A stretch of DNA of 64,000 nucleotides from an uncultured Phycisphaerales bacterium (GCA_963755915.1 CAVWLP010000002.1:2688001-2752000), one strand, 5' to 3'; shown: positions 21,143-31,674, counted from the stretch's first letter. Numbers and translations: made by a program. The notes: generated by a model from the sequence alone, not told the origin.

Positions 21143-22665
21143 CAATATTGTCCGGGACTTCCGCGTCTTAAAGCTGGGATTTTTCGGGTTTTCACTCGAA
21201 AGGCTGCGTTGCCTCGATGGGCAACGGCGTGGAAGGTTCAGCGCTGCTCCTGCAGCGCATGCCGCGGCGTTCACCGGCGGCCGGACAACAAAAACCCCCG
21301 GTGACTTACTTGACGATTTTTTCAGCCTTCTTCCGTGCCACACGCTGACGCTGCAGCTCGCATTCCCGTTCTCGGCGCTGCAGGATGGGAATAATCTCTT
21401 GCAACGTGGCCCCTCCCGCGGCGACCAGGCTCAGCATCGCGTAGGCATATTTGCTCACCGGACGCTGCGTGTGCAGATAGATCAACAGCACCCCGATGAC
21501 CGCGATGTAGAACCCGGTGGTGACGCCGTTTTTGCTGTGGCTGGTGAGATGGCGGAAGTGGGCGTGCACTTTCAGCCAGCGGAAAAACAGCTCGATCTTC
21601 CATCGCCAGCGGTAGAGCAGACCGATGACATGGGCGGGAATGTTAAGAAGATTGGTCAGCAGCCGCAGGGGCCTGTCGGGTTTGTCCGGGTCGAAGATCG
21701 TCACTTCCCGAAGCCATTTTCCCGCCGGAGGAGCAAAGCGTGGCCCTTCTGAGCCCAGGTATCCGATCCGGTCGCTGAGAATGCCGGCAGCGCGGTCTTC
21801 ATCGCTCAGCGGCAGGGACTTGGGGGTCAAGTCATTGTTTTCGATGGGAATGAAATAGTTGTTTGACTTGAGCCGGAGCACAAAATCGCTGCAGGCATGT
21901 ACGATCCGCTCCAGCAGCTCGAAACAGACGTAGCCGCGGTCCATGACGTAAATCTGTCCCGGCTCCAGGGACTGCATCAGCGCCTGCGCCTCGGAGCATC
22001 CCGCGCCGCTGATCGTCACTCCCTCGGGAACCCCCACGCCCGCCGCCCATTGAAGATTCAGGCGAATCGTGTCCATGGGCTTTCCGTTGGGTCGACTTTG
22101 ATGCAGCGCCCAGGCCACGTCGGCGGCAACGGTGAACAGCGACCCATCCACCACCCGTACCCGCTCGGTCAACTCCGCCAGCTTCGGATCGCCGTGACGC
22201 AGGTGCGGCAGCCGCGCCCGCAACTCCTCGATGATCGGCTCCAGCAGCGTCGGATCGAACAGGGCGTTGGCATCGGAAAGCGTGGAACGCGGCAGGCGAT
22301 CGACCGAAAGCTGCTCCTGCATCTGCTCGGTCTGGCTGAAATCCTCCATCGTCCGCAGGCTGCGAATCGCCGGCGTGAAAAACGCCAGCAGATAGGCAAG
22401 GGTCACATCGTCATAAAAAAGCGTGCGATTGGGGTGGGGATGCGCCGCCCGCAGGCGGGCCAGATGATCCTGCAAAATACCGACGTACTTGCCGCCGAAC
22501 AAATCCTCCCCCCGCACCGCCGGCCGCGGCTTTCGTCCCGGCTTGGCGGGCAATCCAGAAGCTGGGCAAAGGTCCGCGTGCACGTGGCGGCAGTGAACCA
22601 CAAAACGCTGCTTCGCGCAAGCGCAAGATTGTGTTATTTGTGAGCCTGCGTTCCGGACACTATTG
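21143..22665 (-). mobile_element. Inner IS4-family element (1523 bp)
   Basis: Terminal inverted repeats CAATATTGTCCGGGAC (21143) and CAATAGTGTCCGGAAC (22665, minus), 14/16 identical; CG on both flanks. Confidence 0.88.
21306..22583 (-). CDS. IS4-family DDE transposase (inner element)
   Basis: VVDGS, MDRGY, YRWRWKIELFFRWLK (YREK motif); start codon uncertain (GTG 22583 or TTG ~22553). Confidence 0.9.
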   Translation of the reverse strand: MHADLCPASGLPAKPGRKPRPAVRGEDLFGGKYVGILQDHLARLRAAHPHPNRTLFYDDVTLAYLLAFFTPAIRSLRTMEDFSQTEQMQEQLSVDRLPRSTLSDANALFDPTLLEPIIEELRARLPHLRHGDPKLAELTERVRVVDGSLFTVAADVAWALHQSRPNGKPMDTIRLNLQWAAGVGVPEGVTISGAGCSEAQALMQSLEPGQIYVMDRGYVCFELLERIVHACSDFVLRLKSNNYFIPIENNDLTPKSLPLSDEDRAAGILSDRIGYLGSEGPRFAPPAGKWLREVTIFDPDKPDRPLRLLTNLLNIPAHVIGLLYRWRWKIELFFRWLKVHAHFRHLTSHSKNGVTTGFYIAVIGVLLIYLHTQRPVSKYAYAMLSLVAAGGATLQEIIPILQRRERECELQRQRVARKKAEKIVK

Positions 22666-23851
22666 CGCTGGACGTCCTGAACATCGGCAAAGCCCAGCAG
22701 ATACCACATGATCCGTTCCATGACGGCCCTGGCCGGCTTCAACCCGGTGGTCAGATTCAGCAGCATGCACACGATCACCGCGCAGTAGATCTGGATCTCC
22801 ACGCCGGTCTTGCGCTGGCTCAGTAAATGGCGGCACCCCAGCAGTTGTTTCATGAATTTGAAAAAGGTCTCGATGGTCCAGCGGTAGCGATACAAGATCG
22901 AGATCAGCTCCGGCGCCAGTACCAGGTCCGGACACAGGAACCTCATCTGTCCGCTGCTGGGGACGTAACCTTTGCGGGTGCGTTTGGCATGAACCTCGGC
23001 CTTCACGACCACCAGCCGCGTCGGGTGATCCAGGCCTTCCAACCGCACCACCGCGTCGCGGATCACGCCCTCCTCAATCGCCTGGGCACTGAGCTTGCGT
23101 TCCTCGACCACTTGGTACTTCAGGTCGTCGATGGCGCGAAAGACATAAAGGCTGTGGGCCTGGACGATGCGGTTTATCAGCGGCTTGTCGAAGTAGCCAC
23201 GGTCGGCGACGTAGAGCCGGCCCGGCTCCAGCATCGCCTCCAGCACGCGTCGTTCGTTGTTCGAGCCGCGCGGGCTTCCACCGGTCAGACGCACCCGTTG
23301 CGGAACCATCGTGTCCAGGTCCAGCAGGGTGTGAATGCGCCAGGCGTGATAAGCCCCGGCGTCGGGCGCTTCTTGCCCGGTACAGCGGGCTGGGGTGAGA
23401 CAACGCCGTTTGGCGTTGTAGAGCGTCTCGATGAGCCTGGGCAATGCCTTGATCAGCGTCCCGTCCACGAGCGTGATGGCGTGGTGGATATCGGCCAGTC
23501 GCGGATCGCGAGGCAACCGGTGTAAATCGCCGGTCAGCTCTTCAATCACCCGGATCAACTCCCGCGGCTGGAAGACCACGGGCGCCTTGAGAAACTGGCT
23601 TTGGAAAAATCCTTGATGCCCAGTTGTTTGGCCAGTCGCGGCAGTTCCATGGCGCGCTGCAGGCCGCTGATCGATTCGATCATCGGCGTGATGAGGTAGA
23701 CTAGAACGAGCTTGACGTAGTCGTCGAAGAAGAGTTGTCGATTGCCGGCCGTGTCGCGCTCGGTTCCAACCTCATGGAGCCGATCCAGCAGCGGCAACAC
23801 GCGAGTGAGCAGCCCAAACGGAACATCCTTGATCTGAAGTTCCAGCACCAA
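22666..23851 (-). pseudogene. IS4-family DDE transposase (outer element), frameshift near 23590 and interrupted near its C-terminus
   Basis: LVDGT, ADRGY, YRYRWTIETFFKFMK; the frame runs into the inner IS end. Confidence 0.85.
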
Positions 23852-24208
23852 CCCCTATGCTGACATACCATAGCGCGTCGCGCAAGCGCAAGAATCGGCA
23901 ACAAGCGAATCGTGTACCGAACGGCAATGACATTATGTAACATCGCCCCCAAGAACCCGTAAAACCCCATCGCTGCCTTTTGAATGCGGTCTACCGGTTA
24001 TCGGACGCTTCAGCCTTCCGCGGCGCACGAATTAGGCCGATAAAGTCGGGTCCAAATATCGTCGATAGTTCTAATAGTATGATTGCTGTTTATGGCGAAG
24101 TTCTTGCGGGGTTTAAGACGGTAGTGCATCTGGTCGCGGCGCTGGCGATCATGTGGTTTTTCTACCGCGTGGCGAACGGGCAGCTTTCCTTCCTGTAAAA
24201 GATAAAGA

Positions 24209-24321
24209 GATCTCACGCAGTGGCGCGGAGATCAGAGTTTAAAATCCATCCTGAAATTTAAAAATGGGGTTTTGGGCGTGGGCCTGTGCAACTCCGCGCC
24301 TTTGCGCCTCTGCGTGAGATC
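24209..24321. repeat. Palindromic intergenic element
   Basis: GATCTCACGCAGTGGCGC ... GCGCCTCTGCGTGAGATC inverted arms. Confidence 0.75.
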
Positions 24322-24326
24322 ATCTT

Positions 24327-24617
24327 CTATTGATTGCGGGCCATCAGGGCGACGATCAGGAGGGTGACGATCGTGAAGACAAACCTCGCGGCCAAGGGGC
24401 GGCGGCCGGCGAGGAAATAGCCGAGGCGGGCGAGGGGCGTGCCGAAGAGGTAGATGAGGACCATGGAGGCGAGGAGGCTGCCGCAGACGCCGAGGGAGTG
24501 GGCGGCCGAGTCGTGGCGGAGGGTGGTCCAGGTGAGGCTGGAGAGGAGGGCGACGGTGAAAACACGGCCGTCGTCGGTGACTGAATATTTTGCCGCGGGT
24601 CTGGCGTCGAGAATCAT
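24327..24617 (-). CDS. Small membrane hypothetical protein
   Basis: 96-aa ORF with ~3 hydrophobic segments, GGAG RBS upstream of ATG. Confidence 0.6.
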   Translation of the reverse strand: MILDARPAAKYSVTDDGRVFTVALLSSLTWTTLRHDSAAHSLGVCGSLLASMVLIYLFGTPLARLGYFLAGRRPLAARFVFTIVTLLIVALMARNQ

Positions 24618-24761
24618 TGCGGTACTCCGTTAAAAAGAGACTCCAATAAAAACGGTTTCGGCAGAATTGATGGGTAAGTTCAACGAAATCGGCGGTTTTT
24701 GGTATGTTTTGCTTAAGCGGGTGGTTTCGCGCGGGGGCGGGAAGCCGCTAGAGTAGGGGGC

Positions 24762-26123
24762 ATGATCCCACGCAAATGGCGGACAGGGGTTGGACTCATC
24801 GGGATTCTGATATTGCAGGCTTGTGCGACGACATCGTCGCCGCCGCAGATGGCGGTTGCGCCGGTGGCGGTGGATCCGGCGGATCTGATTCATGTGGCGC
24901 TGCCGGTGATTCCGGATCGGCAGTTCAATCTTGTGCAATTCGGGGGCGTGGGGGATGGGAAGACGATGAATACCGATGCGTTTGTGCGCGCGGTGGGAGC
25001 GATCAAGGCGGCGGGCGGGGGGCATCTGGAAGTTCCGCCGGGGGTTTTTATGGCGTTGTCGTTTGGATTCGCGAGTCATATGGATTTGCACCTGGATGCG
25101 GGGGCGACGATCAAGACGCCGGATTCTTTGACGGCGTGGGGTCTACCCGATCCGGCGAAGGCGTCGCAGGAGGATGTGGATGCGTTTACGCAGGGGAATG
25201 TGATATATGGAACTAATCTGACAGATATTGCGATCACCGGGAGCGGGACGATCGATGGATCGGGGCAGCTCTTCTGGATCTGGTCGGACAAGGCGGCGCG
25301 AAGATATCCGCCGGGGCGGCTGATTTATCCTCGTCCGCGGTTGGTATCGTTTCGATCGTGCCAGCGCGTGCATGTGGAAGGCGTGACGCTGACGGATTCG
25401 CCGATGTATCACCTGGTCATTGGCGGAAAATCCGAGGATATTTTAGTCGAGAATATTCGCGTTTTTGCCCCGAGCGATGCGCCGAATACGGATGCGATCG
25501 ATCCGAATGGGACGCGGATCATTATCCGCAACTGCGAGATCGATACGGGGGACGATCATGTGGCGGTATCCGGAGGGTCTAAGGATGTGGTCATTGAGGA
25601 TCTGACGTGTTTGCATGGGCATGGGATTTCGATTGGGAGCGGGACGACGGGGGGCGTGAGCCATATGTTCGTGCGGAGGTGTACGTTTGATGGGTCGGAG
25701 AATGGGCTGCGGATTAAGTCGTTTCGCGGGAGGGGGGGCGAGGTGCATGATATTCATTACAGCGATATCACGATGAAGAATGTGGCGCGGCCGTTTGATA
25801 TCAACATGCTGTACAACGGGAACGCGAATGCGCCGACAGATATTGGGCCTAGATATTTCAAGGGGCAGGCAAGGAATGTGCCGTATTTTCATGACATTGA
25901 TGTGACGAATCTGACGGTGACGCGGTCGCCGGTGGCGGGGAGGATTCTGGGGGTGCTGGAGCAGCCGGCGAGGGATATCACGTTTACGAATGTTTCGATC
26001 CAGGCGGATCGGGGGTTTGTGGTGCAGGATGCGAAGGATGTGAGGTTTGTGAATGTGAGGCTGGATGTGGCGGTGGGGCCGCCGGTGAGCATGGATAATG
26101 CGGAGGTGATTTGGGAGAAGTGA
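24762..26123 (+). CDS. Glycoside hydrolase family 28 (polygalacturonase-like), probable lipoprotein
   Basis: FGGVGDG, NTDAID, GDD, HGHG, RIKS catalytic motifs; lipobox LQAC. Confidence 0.92.
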   Translation: MIPRKWRTGVGLIGILILQACATTSSPPQMAVAPVAVDPADLIHVALPVIPDRQFNLVQFGGVGDGKTMNTDAFVRAVGAIKAAGGGHLEVPPGVFMALSFGFASHMDLHLDAGATIKTPDSLTAWGLPDPAKASQEDVDAFTQGNVIYGTNLTDIAITGSGTIDGSGQLFWIWSDKAARRYPPGRLIYPRPRLVSFRSCQRVHVEGVTLTDSPMYHLVIGGKSEDILVENIRVFAPSDAPNTDAIDPNGTRIIIRNCEIDTGDDHVAVSGGSKDVVIEDLTCLHGHGISIGSGTTGGVSHMFVRRCTFDGSENGLRIKSFRGRGGEVHDIHYSDITMKNVARPFDINMLYNGNANAPTDIGPRYFKGQARNVPYFHDIDVTNLTVTRSPVAGRILGVLEQPARDITFTNVSIQADRGFVVQDAKDVRFVNVRLDVAVGPPVSMDNAEVIWEK

Positions 26124-26145
26124 CCCGAGCGAATTCGACCGGCGG

Positions 26146-26272
26146 AAATTCGAAATTCGAATGACGAATCAAATTCGAAATTCGAATGTTCGAAACGGTG
26201 GTCGGACGCATTTGTTTCGAATTTTGGTCATTCGAGTTTGATTCGTCATTCGAGTTTCGAATTTCGAATTTC
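26146..26272. repeat. TTCGAA-based inverted heptamer repeat element between convergent genes
   Basis: gaaattcgaaattcgaatgacgaatcaaattcgaa ... ttcgagtttgattcgtcattcgagtttcgaatttcgaatttc. Confidence 0.85.
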
Positions 26273-27837
26273 TACTTGCACTGTACCTGCGGCGTCTCGC
26301 TAGACCAGAAGTCCTCGCACCAGTACGGTTGGCTGCGAAACTGATCGTGTTCCTGGGGGCCGTAGGCGGTGGAGTCGTCGGGGGCGAGGGCGAAGGCTTT
26401 TAACATTATTTGGCCGCGGATTTCTTTGGGGATGACGTCGATGGCGGGGATGATGTTGTCCCAGCGTCCGAAGGTTCGGTCGAGGGGCGCCTGGGGCTCG
26501 GCGAGGAAATCGTCGAGCCAGACGAGGAGGGAGCCGCGCGGGGGGATGTCGTAGCCACGGCGGCGTTCGAGGAGCTCGGCGGTGGGGTTTAGCATGAGGC
26601 TGTAGAAATTCGTTTCTTTGTGCTGCTGGAGGTAGGGGACGACGGAACGGCTGAAATCGCGGACGGAGCAGGCGGCGCCCATGTAGACGATGTTGGAATA
26701 ATACTGGTCGGCACTTGCGAGGATGTCGCGGCGGAGCCATTCGTTGAGGACCATGGTGCCCATGCTGTGACCGACAAGGATGATGTCGTAGCCGTTGGCA
26801 TTTGCCTCGGCCTGGAGGCGTTGTCGGAAGACGTCGACGGCGCCGGTGGTGTCAAAGGAGGGGGCCGTGGTGGCGCGCGTGGCGCGGGCGCCGACGGATT
26901 GGAGGTCGAAGGGGCTGAGGTCGGCGGGGTTTCCACCGAGGGCGCCGTCGAAGCAGAGCTGGGTTCGGCGCGACATGACCTGCCAGGCGGGGAAGCCGAG
27001 CCAGTCGATGATGGGTTGGGAGATGATTTTGGTGGGGAGGGTGAGGATGTAGAGCGCGCCGATTTCGGTCATGTGACCGGCGTCGACGTCGAGATCGGGG
27101 CCGATGTAGATGCGGAGGTGGTGGCGTTTGTTGTCCTTCATATCCTCCGTTTTCTGTTCGGTGTGGAGTTGCTGGTAGAGCTGAGCGAGGGCTTTGCCGT
27201 GAGGGGTGGCGGCCCAGCGCTGGTCGGTTGCGGTTTCGGAAGTGTAGGAGGAGGCGAGTTCGTTTTTCTTCGAGAGGGCGTCAATGTCGGCGGAGGCGGC
27301 CTGGAGGTCGCTGGCGAATTCGTTGAGATAGACGATGGGCATTCGGGTGGCGGCGCGGCCGATGTCTGCCAGGACGTAGGCGGGGGTGAAGAGCCAGCGG
27401 ATGATGGTGTTGTCGGTGCGGCCCTGGGTGAGGGAGATGCAGTGCTCGCCGTAGGTGTTCAAAAGGTCGGAGTTCCAGTCAATGTAAATGGGGTAGTAGC
27501 CGGCGGCGATGACGTTTTTCATTTCCAGGTCGGCGGCGGCGAGGGAGTCATCGGGGGAGTTGAGACCGCCGTGGATGAAAATGAGGATGGTTTTTTTGCC
27601 GGGCTTGCCTTTAAAGAAGGTGGAGGCGTCGGCAAAGATATCGTCGAGGCGGGTGCGGTATTGGGGCATCGTGAAGGGGTCGGCGCTTGGGGAGAAGGGG
27701 TCGTGGGGGAGGCCTTTGCCGTCGACGACCAGGACGTGGGCGCGGATTTGGTCGGGGGTATTTTGCAGGGGGGCGGCGCAGGCTGCGAGAAGGGCGACAG
27801 CGCTTATAACGATAAGACGGGAAAGGAATTGGAGCAC
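26272..27837 (-). CDS. Alpha/beta-hydrolase fold lipoprotein
   Basis: Lipobox LAAC, IFIHGG oxyanion motif, GHSMG nucleophile elbow, C-terminal His (QEHD). Confidence 0.8.
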   Translation of the reverse strand: MLQFLSRLIVISAVALLAACAAPLQNTPDQIRAHVLVVDGKGLPHDPFSPSADPFTMPQYRTRLDDIFADASTFFKGKPGKKTILIFIHGGLNSPDDSLAAADLEMKNVIAAGYYPIYIDWNSDLLNTYGEHCISLTQGRTDNTIIRWLFTPAYVLADIGRAATRMPIVYLNEFASDLQAASADIDALSKKNELASSYTSETATDQRWAATPHGKALAQLYQQLHTEQKTEDMKDNKRHHLRIYIGPDLDVDAGHMTEIGALYILTLPTKIISQPIIDWLGFPAWQVMSRRTQLCFDGALGGNPADLSPFDLQSVGARATRATTAPSFDTTGAVDVFRQRLQAEANANGYDIILVGHSMGTMVLNEWLRRDILASADQYYSNIVYMGAACSVRDFSRSVVPYLQQHKETNFYSLMLNPTAELLERRRGYDIPPRGSLLVWLDDFLAEPQAPLDRTFGRWDNIIPAIDVIPKEIRGQIMLKAFALAPDDSTAYGPQEHDQFRSQPYWCEDFWSSETPQVQCK

Positions 27838-27946
27838 GTGGGAGATTATCGCATTGGCGCGGCGTGCTGCAAAAAACTGCTATTGTTTACGACAGTTTCA
27901 CAACACCATGTCCCGACTTGTGCTTCGAGCGGCCGGTTACAATTGA

Positions 27947-29919
27947 ATGGCGATGTTGGACAGCGAGCTGCTGGAGAAGTTTCTGGGTGCGGGGGACCAG
28001 GAGGCGTTTGCCGACCTGGTGGGGCGGTATATGGATGCGGTTTACTCCGCGGCGCGGCGGCAGGTGAAGGATCCGCAGATGGCGGAGGATGTTGCGCAGG
28101 CGGTATTCATCATATTGGCGCGGAAGGCGGGAAAGCTTCGGCGGCGGACCTCGCTCGCCGGATGGGTGATCGAGACGACTTATCTGGCGGGCCGGGATGC
28201 AATGCGTGCGGAGAGCCGCCGACGAAGGCATGAAGAGGCGCGGCGATGCAATCGAAGTTTTATCGGGAGAAGGATATGCCGGCATCATCCGGGGAGATTT
28301 CGGCGCAGGTGGATGCGGGATTGGCGAAGCTGAGCGAGGCCGACCGCGGGGTGCTGGTTTTGCGGTATCTGCAGGGGCAGAGTGTGACCGAGGCGGCGGC
28401 GGCGCTGGAAATTTCTGAGACGGCGGTGGCCAAGCGGATTACGCGGGCGCTGGATCGATTGCGGAGAGTTCTGGCGGCGAATGGGGCGATCACGCCGGGG
28501 CTTTCCGTGGGCGTGATGCTGGAGCAGTTGCCTCGGACGGCGGCGCCAGCGACGCTCGCGAAAACGGCCGCGACGGCGGCCACGTTGGGGGGCAACACGG
28601 CGGGCGTGGCGATTGCGAATGGTGTGATTCATCACATGATTTGGGGGAAGGTGGCAGCGGTTTTGGCGATTCTGATCGGCATCGGCGGGATTGCTGCGGC
28701 CGGCGGCGTGGGGATGAAGCTGTTGGCGGATGGTTCGGATGTGGCTGCGCCGGTGACGCCGGTGGCAACGGATACTTCGAGCGTTGCAAATGCCACGACG
28801 GGTCGGCTTGCCGATGGGGTTTCGGTTTCGATTCTTGGAATTCATGTCCGGATCTATTCGCCGACCGGATGGTGGGCGGCGAATGGCGATCCTCTGGCGC
28901 TGGCCCCGTGCACGGGAATGCAAGAGAGGCCGTTCGACTCGCGGGGGCATCTCTTGCGGACAATGGTACTAGAAATAGATGGCCGGGTGCAGGGTTCTAC
29001 CGATCCGGCGACGGTCGTTTGGAGCATGCAAAACTCCTGGGGTTGGAACCAGTGGCGTATCGAAGGAGCAAATTCGCCAGATGCAGAGGGCGCGGTGGTA
29101 TCAGTCGACGACAAGCCGCCGGGGGTGATTTTGCACGCCCGCGTGGCTGCGGGGCGATGGATGACGATTGGCACGTGGAGGGCCGATGGCTCTAGAGACA
29201 CGCCGCAGGGAAAGATCAGCGTCGTCATGGGCGAGCCGTATGCGGTCGCTGGCAATGCGCACGTTGAAGTTGCCTACGTTGATCCCACCAGCAGAGACGA
29301 CTTTCGCTTGGTTGCGTTTGATTCGCAGGGCCGGGAGATTGTTTTGCCGGGGAATTCCTTTGTCGGGTGGACTGGCGCGGATAGCGGTGGGTATGTCGCG
29401 GATTATTCAGGGCCAATCGCGCCGCCCGGGATCGGACGGTTGGAATTTCAGATGCGGCCGTTTAACGAATTCATTGAGATTCAGAATATTTCGATGCATT
29501 TGAGTCAGGGGACTCATCCGGTGATCAAGACGAGCGACGGAGCTGCGGCTGCACAGGAGCGTCCGGTTCCAGTTGCACAAGCGGCAACCGACGCGACACC
29601 GCCTGCCAAAGTCGCCAGCGGACCATGGAAAACGCTCGTTATGATTGTTGGCAATGGGCGTGACAGTGAGTGGACAGGCAAGCTGGATGTTTGCTGGGGA
29701 GCTTCCTACGCAGTTGCGGGCGAAACACGGAAGATCGTGATGTGGAACGGCGTTGCGAATTCTGAATTCCAACTGGTGGCGGTTGGGGCTGGAGGGCAAC
29801 GAGAGGTGGCAGTGTTACGGCAGGCGACCGACCTGTTTAGCACGCGACTCGCGCAGTATTCAGTCCAAATGCGCTTGAGATCGATCGCGCGGTGGCAAGT
29901 TCAATCCCGACCATACTGA
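27947..29919 (+). CDS. ECF sigma-70 factor with TM helix and extracytoplasmic C-terminal extension, frameshift near 28245
   Basis: Region 2 (AFADLVGRY, AEDVAQAVF), region 4 (LVLRYLQGQS..EAA..L.IS..AV.KRI.RAL), Ala-rich linker, TM, ~400-aa soluble domain. Confidence 0.88.
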
Positions 29920-30063
29920 ACGCCGCCGTTAACAAAATTCTAACTCGCAATTCATTTCGCATCCGCGCTTTCTATTTCATTTTTGGGTGCCTAAGGTTGG
30001 CGCATTGGGACCCGTGTCGGAAGTCGGGGGGAAAGTCGATGGGGAACAGGAAGGACGTGGATC

Positions 30064-30795
30064 GTGGAAAATCCGAACAAGGTTGCGTTCATCACGGGGG
30101 GAAATCGGGGTATCGGGCTGGAGACGGCGCGGGTTCTGGCGACGCTGGGGATTGACGTGGTGATCGGGTCGCGCGATGCGGAAAAGGGGGAAGCGGCGGC
30201 ATCGGCGCTTTTTTCGCAGAGATTGGCGGTGACGACGGTGCGATGCGATGTGACCAGCACGTCCGATCATCAGGCGGTTTTTCAGTATTTTCAGCGGAAA
30301 TATGGCGGGCTGGATATCCTGATCAACAACGCGGGCATAAGGATTCCTGAAAGCGACTCGACGGCGGAGGTGTCGATGTCGGCCCTGCATAAGACGTTTG
30401 AAACAAACTTTTTCTCGCAGGTGGCGCTGACGCAAAAGCTGCTGCCGCTGATTCGGCTTTCGCCAGCGGGGCGGATTGTGAATGTGTCGAGCATATTGGG
30501 GTCGCTGACGCTGCATTCGACGCCGGGGTCGCCGATTTACGATTCTAAGTCTTTTGCGTACGACGCTTCGAAGACGGCATTGAATGCCTTTACGGTACAC
30601 CTGGCGCACGAATTGCGGGACACATCGATCAAGGTGAATTCCGCGCATCCGGGGTGGGTGAAGACGGAGATGGGGGGCAAGAACGCCCCGATGGAGATCG
30701 TCGACGGCGCGAAGACATCCGTGCAACTGGCGATGCTTTCGGCCGACGGACCCACAGGGGGATATTTTTTTCTTGGCGAAAGACTTCCCTGGTAG
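30064..30795 (+). CDS. Short-chain dehydrogenase/reductase (carbonyl reductase-like)
   Basis: TGGNRGIG, NNAG, YDASK, HPGWVKTEMGG. Confidence 0.93.
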   Translation: MENPNKVAFITGGNRGIGLETARVLATLGIDVVIGSRDAEKGEAAASALFSQRLAVTTVRCDVTSTSDHQAVFQYFQRKYGGLDILINNAGIRIPESDSTAEVSMSALHKTFETNFFSQVALTQKLLPLIRLSPAGRIVNVSSILGSLTLHSTPGSPIYDSKSFAYDASKTALNAFTVHLAHELRDTSIKVNSAHPGWVKTEMGGKNAPMEIVDGAKTSVQLAMLSADGPTGGYFFLGERLPW

Positions 30796-30834
30796 ATCAC
30801 ATTTTCATACTCCCTCTTGGGAAAGGAGACGGCT

Positions 30835-31674
30835 ATGCCTTACGTGACAGTCGGGAAAGACGGATCGCAGGACGTTCAGATTTATTACAAGGATTGGGGC
30901 AGCGGCCAGCCGGTGGTTTTCAGCCATGGGTGGCCTCTTTGTTCAGATGCGTTTGAAGACCAGATGTTTTTCCTGGCGTCGCGGGGATATCGGTGCGTTG
31001 CCGCCGACAGGCGCGGGCATGGGCGATCGAGCCAGCCGTGCTCGGGAAATGACATGAATACCTATGCCGACGATTTGGCGGCAGTGGTGGAAAAGCTCGA
31101 TTTGAAAGACGCGGTTCACGTGGGGCATTCGACCGGCGGGGGGGAAGTGGCGCGATATATTGGGCGGCATGGGACCAAACGGGTGGCGAAGGCGGTGCTT
31201 ATCGGGGCGGTTCCGCCGCTGATGCTCAAGACGCCGGCGAATCCGGGTGGGCTGCCAATCGATGCGTTCGATCAGATCCGCTCGGCGGTGCTGGCGGATC
31301 GGTCGCAGTTCTGGAAAGACCTGAGCATGCCGTTTTATGGATACAACCGGCCCGGGGCGAAGGTCTCGGAAGGCGTGCGCAATTCGTTCTGGCTTCAGGG
31401 AATGATGGCCGGGCTTCCCGCTTCTTACTTTTGTGTGAAGGCCTTCTCTGAGACGGATCAGACGGAGGACCTGAAAAAGTTTGACGTGCCGACGCTGATC
31501 CTGCACGGGGATGACGACCAGATCGTCCCGATTGCGGATGCGGCGATGCTTTCGTCCAAACTTGTGAAGGGAGCAAAGCTGAAGGTTTATCCCGGCGCGC
31601 CGCATGGGATGTGTACGACGCTGAAGAACCAGGTGAATGAGGATCTGCTGGCGTTTATTCAGCAGCGGGACTGA
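30835..31674 (+). CDS. cpo: Non-heme chloroperoxidase/arylesterase-type alpha/beta hydrolase
   Basis: [51 protein letters not shown]. Confidence 0.88.
   Translation: MPYVTVGKDGSQDVQIYYKDWGSGQPVVFSHGWPLCSDAFEDQMFFLASRGYRCVAADRRGHGRSSQPCSGNDMNTYADDLAAVVEKLDLKDAVHVGHSTGGGEVARYIGRHGTKRVAKAVLIGAVPPLMLKTPANPGGLPIDAFDQIRSAVLADRSQFWKDLSMPFYGYNRPGAKVSEGVRNSFWLQGMMAGLPASYFCVKAFSETDQTEDLKKFDVPTLILHGDDDQIVPIADAAMLSSKLVKGAKLKVYPGAPHGMCTTLKNQVNEDLLAFIQQRD

Larger units (their letters stand above)
21031..23929 (-). mobile_element. Outer IS4-family element interrupted by a second IS
   Basis: Upstream end CATTGCCGTTCGG at 23929 (minus strand); transposase 23851-22666; downstream end poorly defined (~21031); ACAT flanks both sides. 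Confidence 0.6.

Noticed and set aside
23555-23600. Programmed ribosomal frameshift in the outer transposase
   Set aside because: No slippery heptamer; IS4 transposases are single-ORF; similar indels occur throughout the window
23916-23943. dif-like site (TTATGTAACAT resembles a XerD arm)
   Set aside because: No matching XerC arm; abuts an IS end and lies far from the skew switch
23980-24198. 72-aa ORF with a hydrophobic C-terminus
   Set aside because: No clear RBS or motif; may be a gene remnant next to the IS but cannot be supported
26146-26272. Possible CRISPR array (also 56497-56556)
   Set aside because: Short 7-9 bp units without unique spacers; no cas genes
26620-28233. Long antisense/overlapping ORFs (e.g. 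26620-28233, 31980-33491, 42530-43855, 53417-54649)
   Set aside because: Shadow frames of well-supported genes in high-GC DNA, with no recognisable motifs
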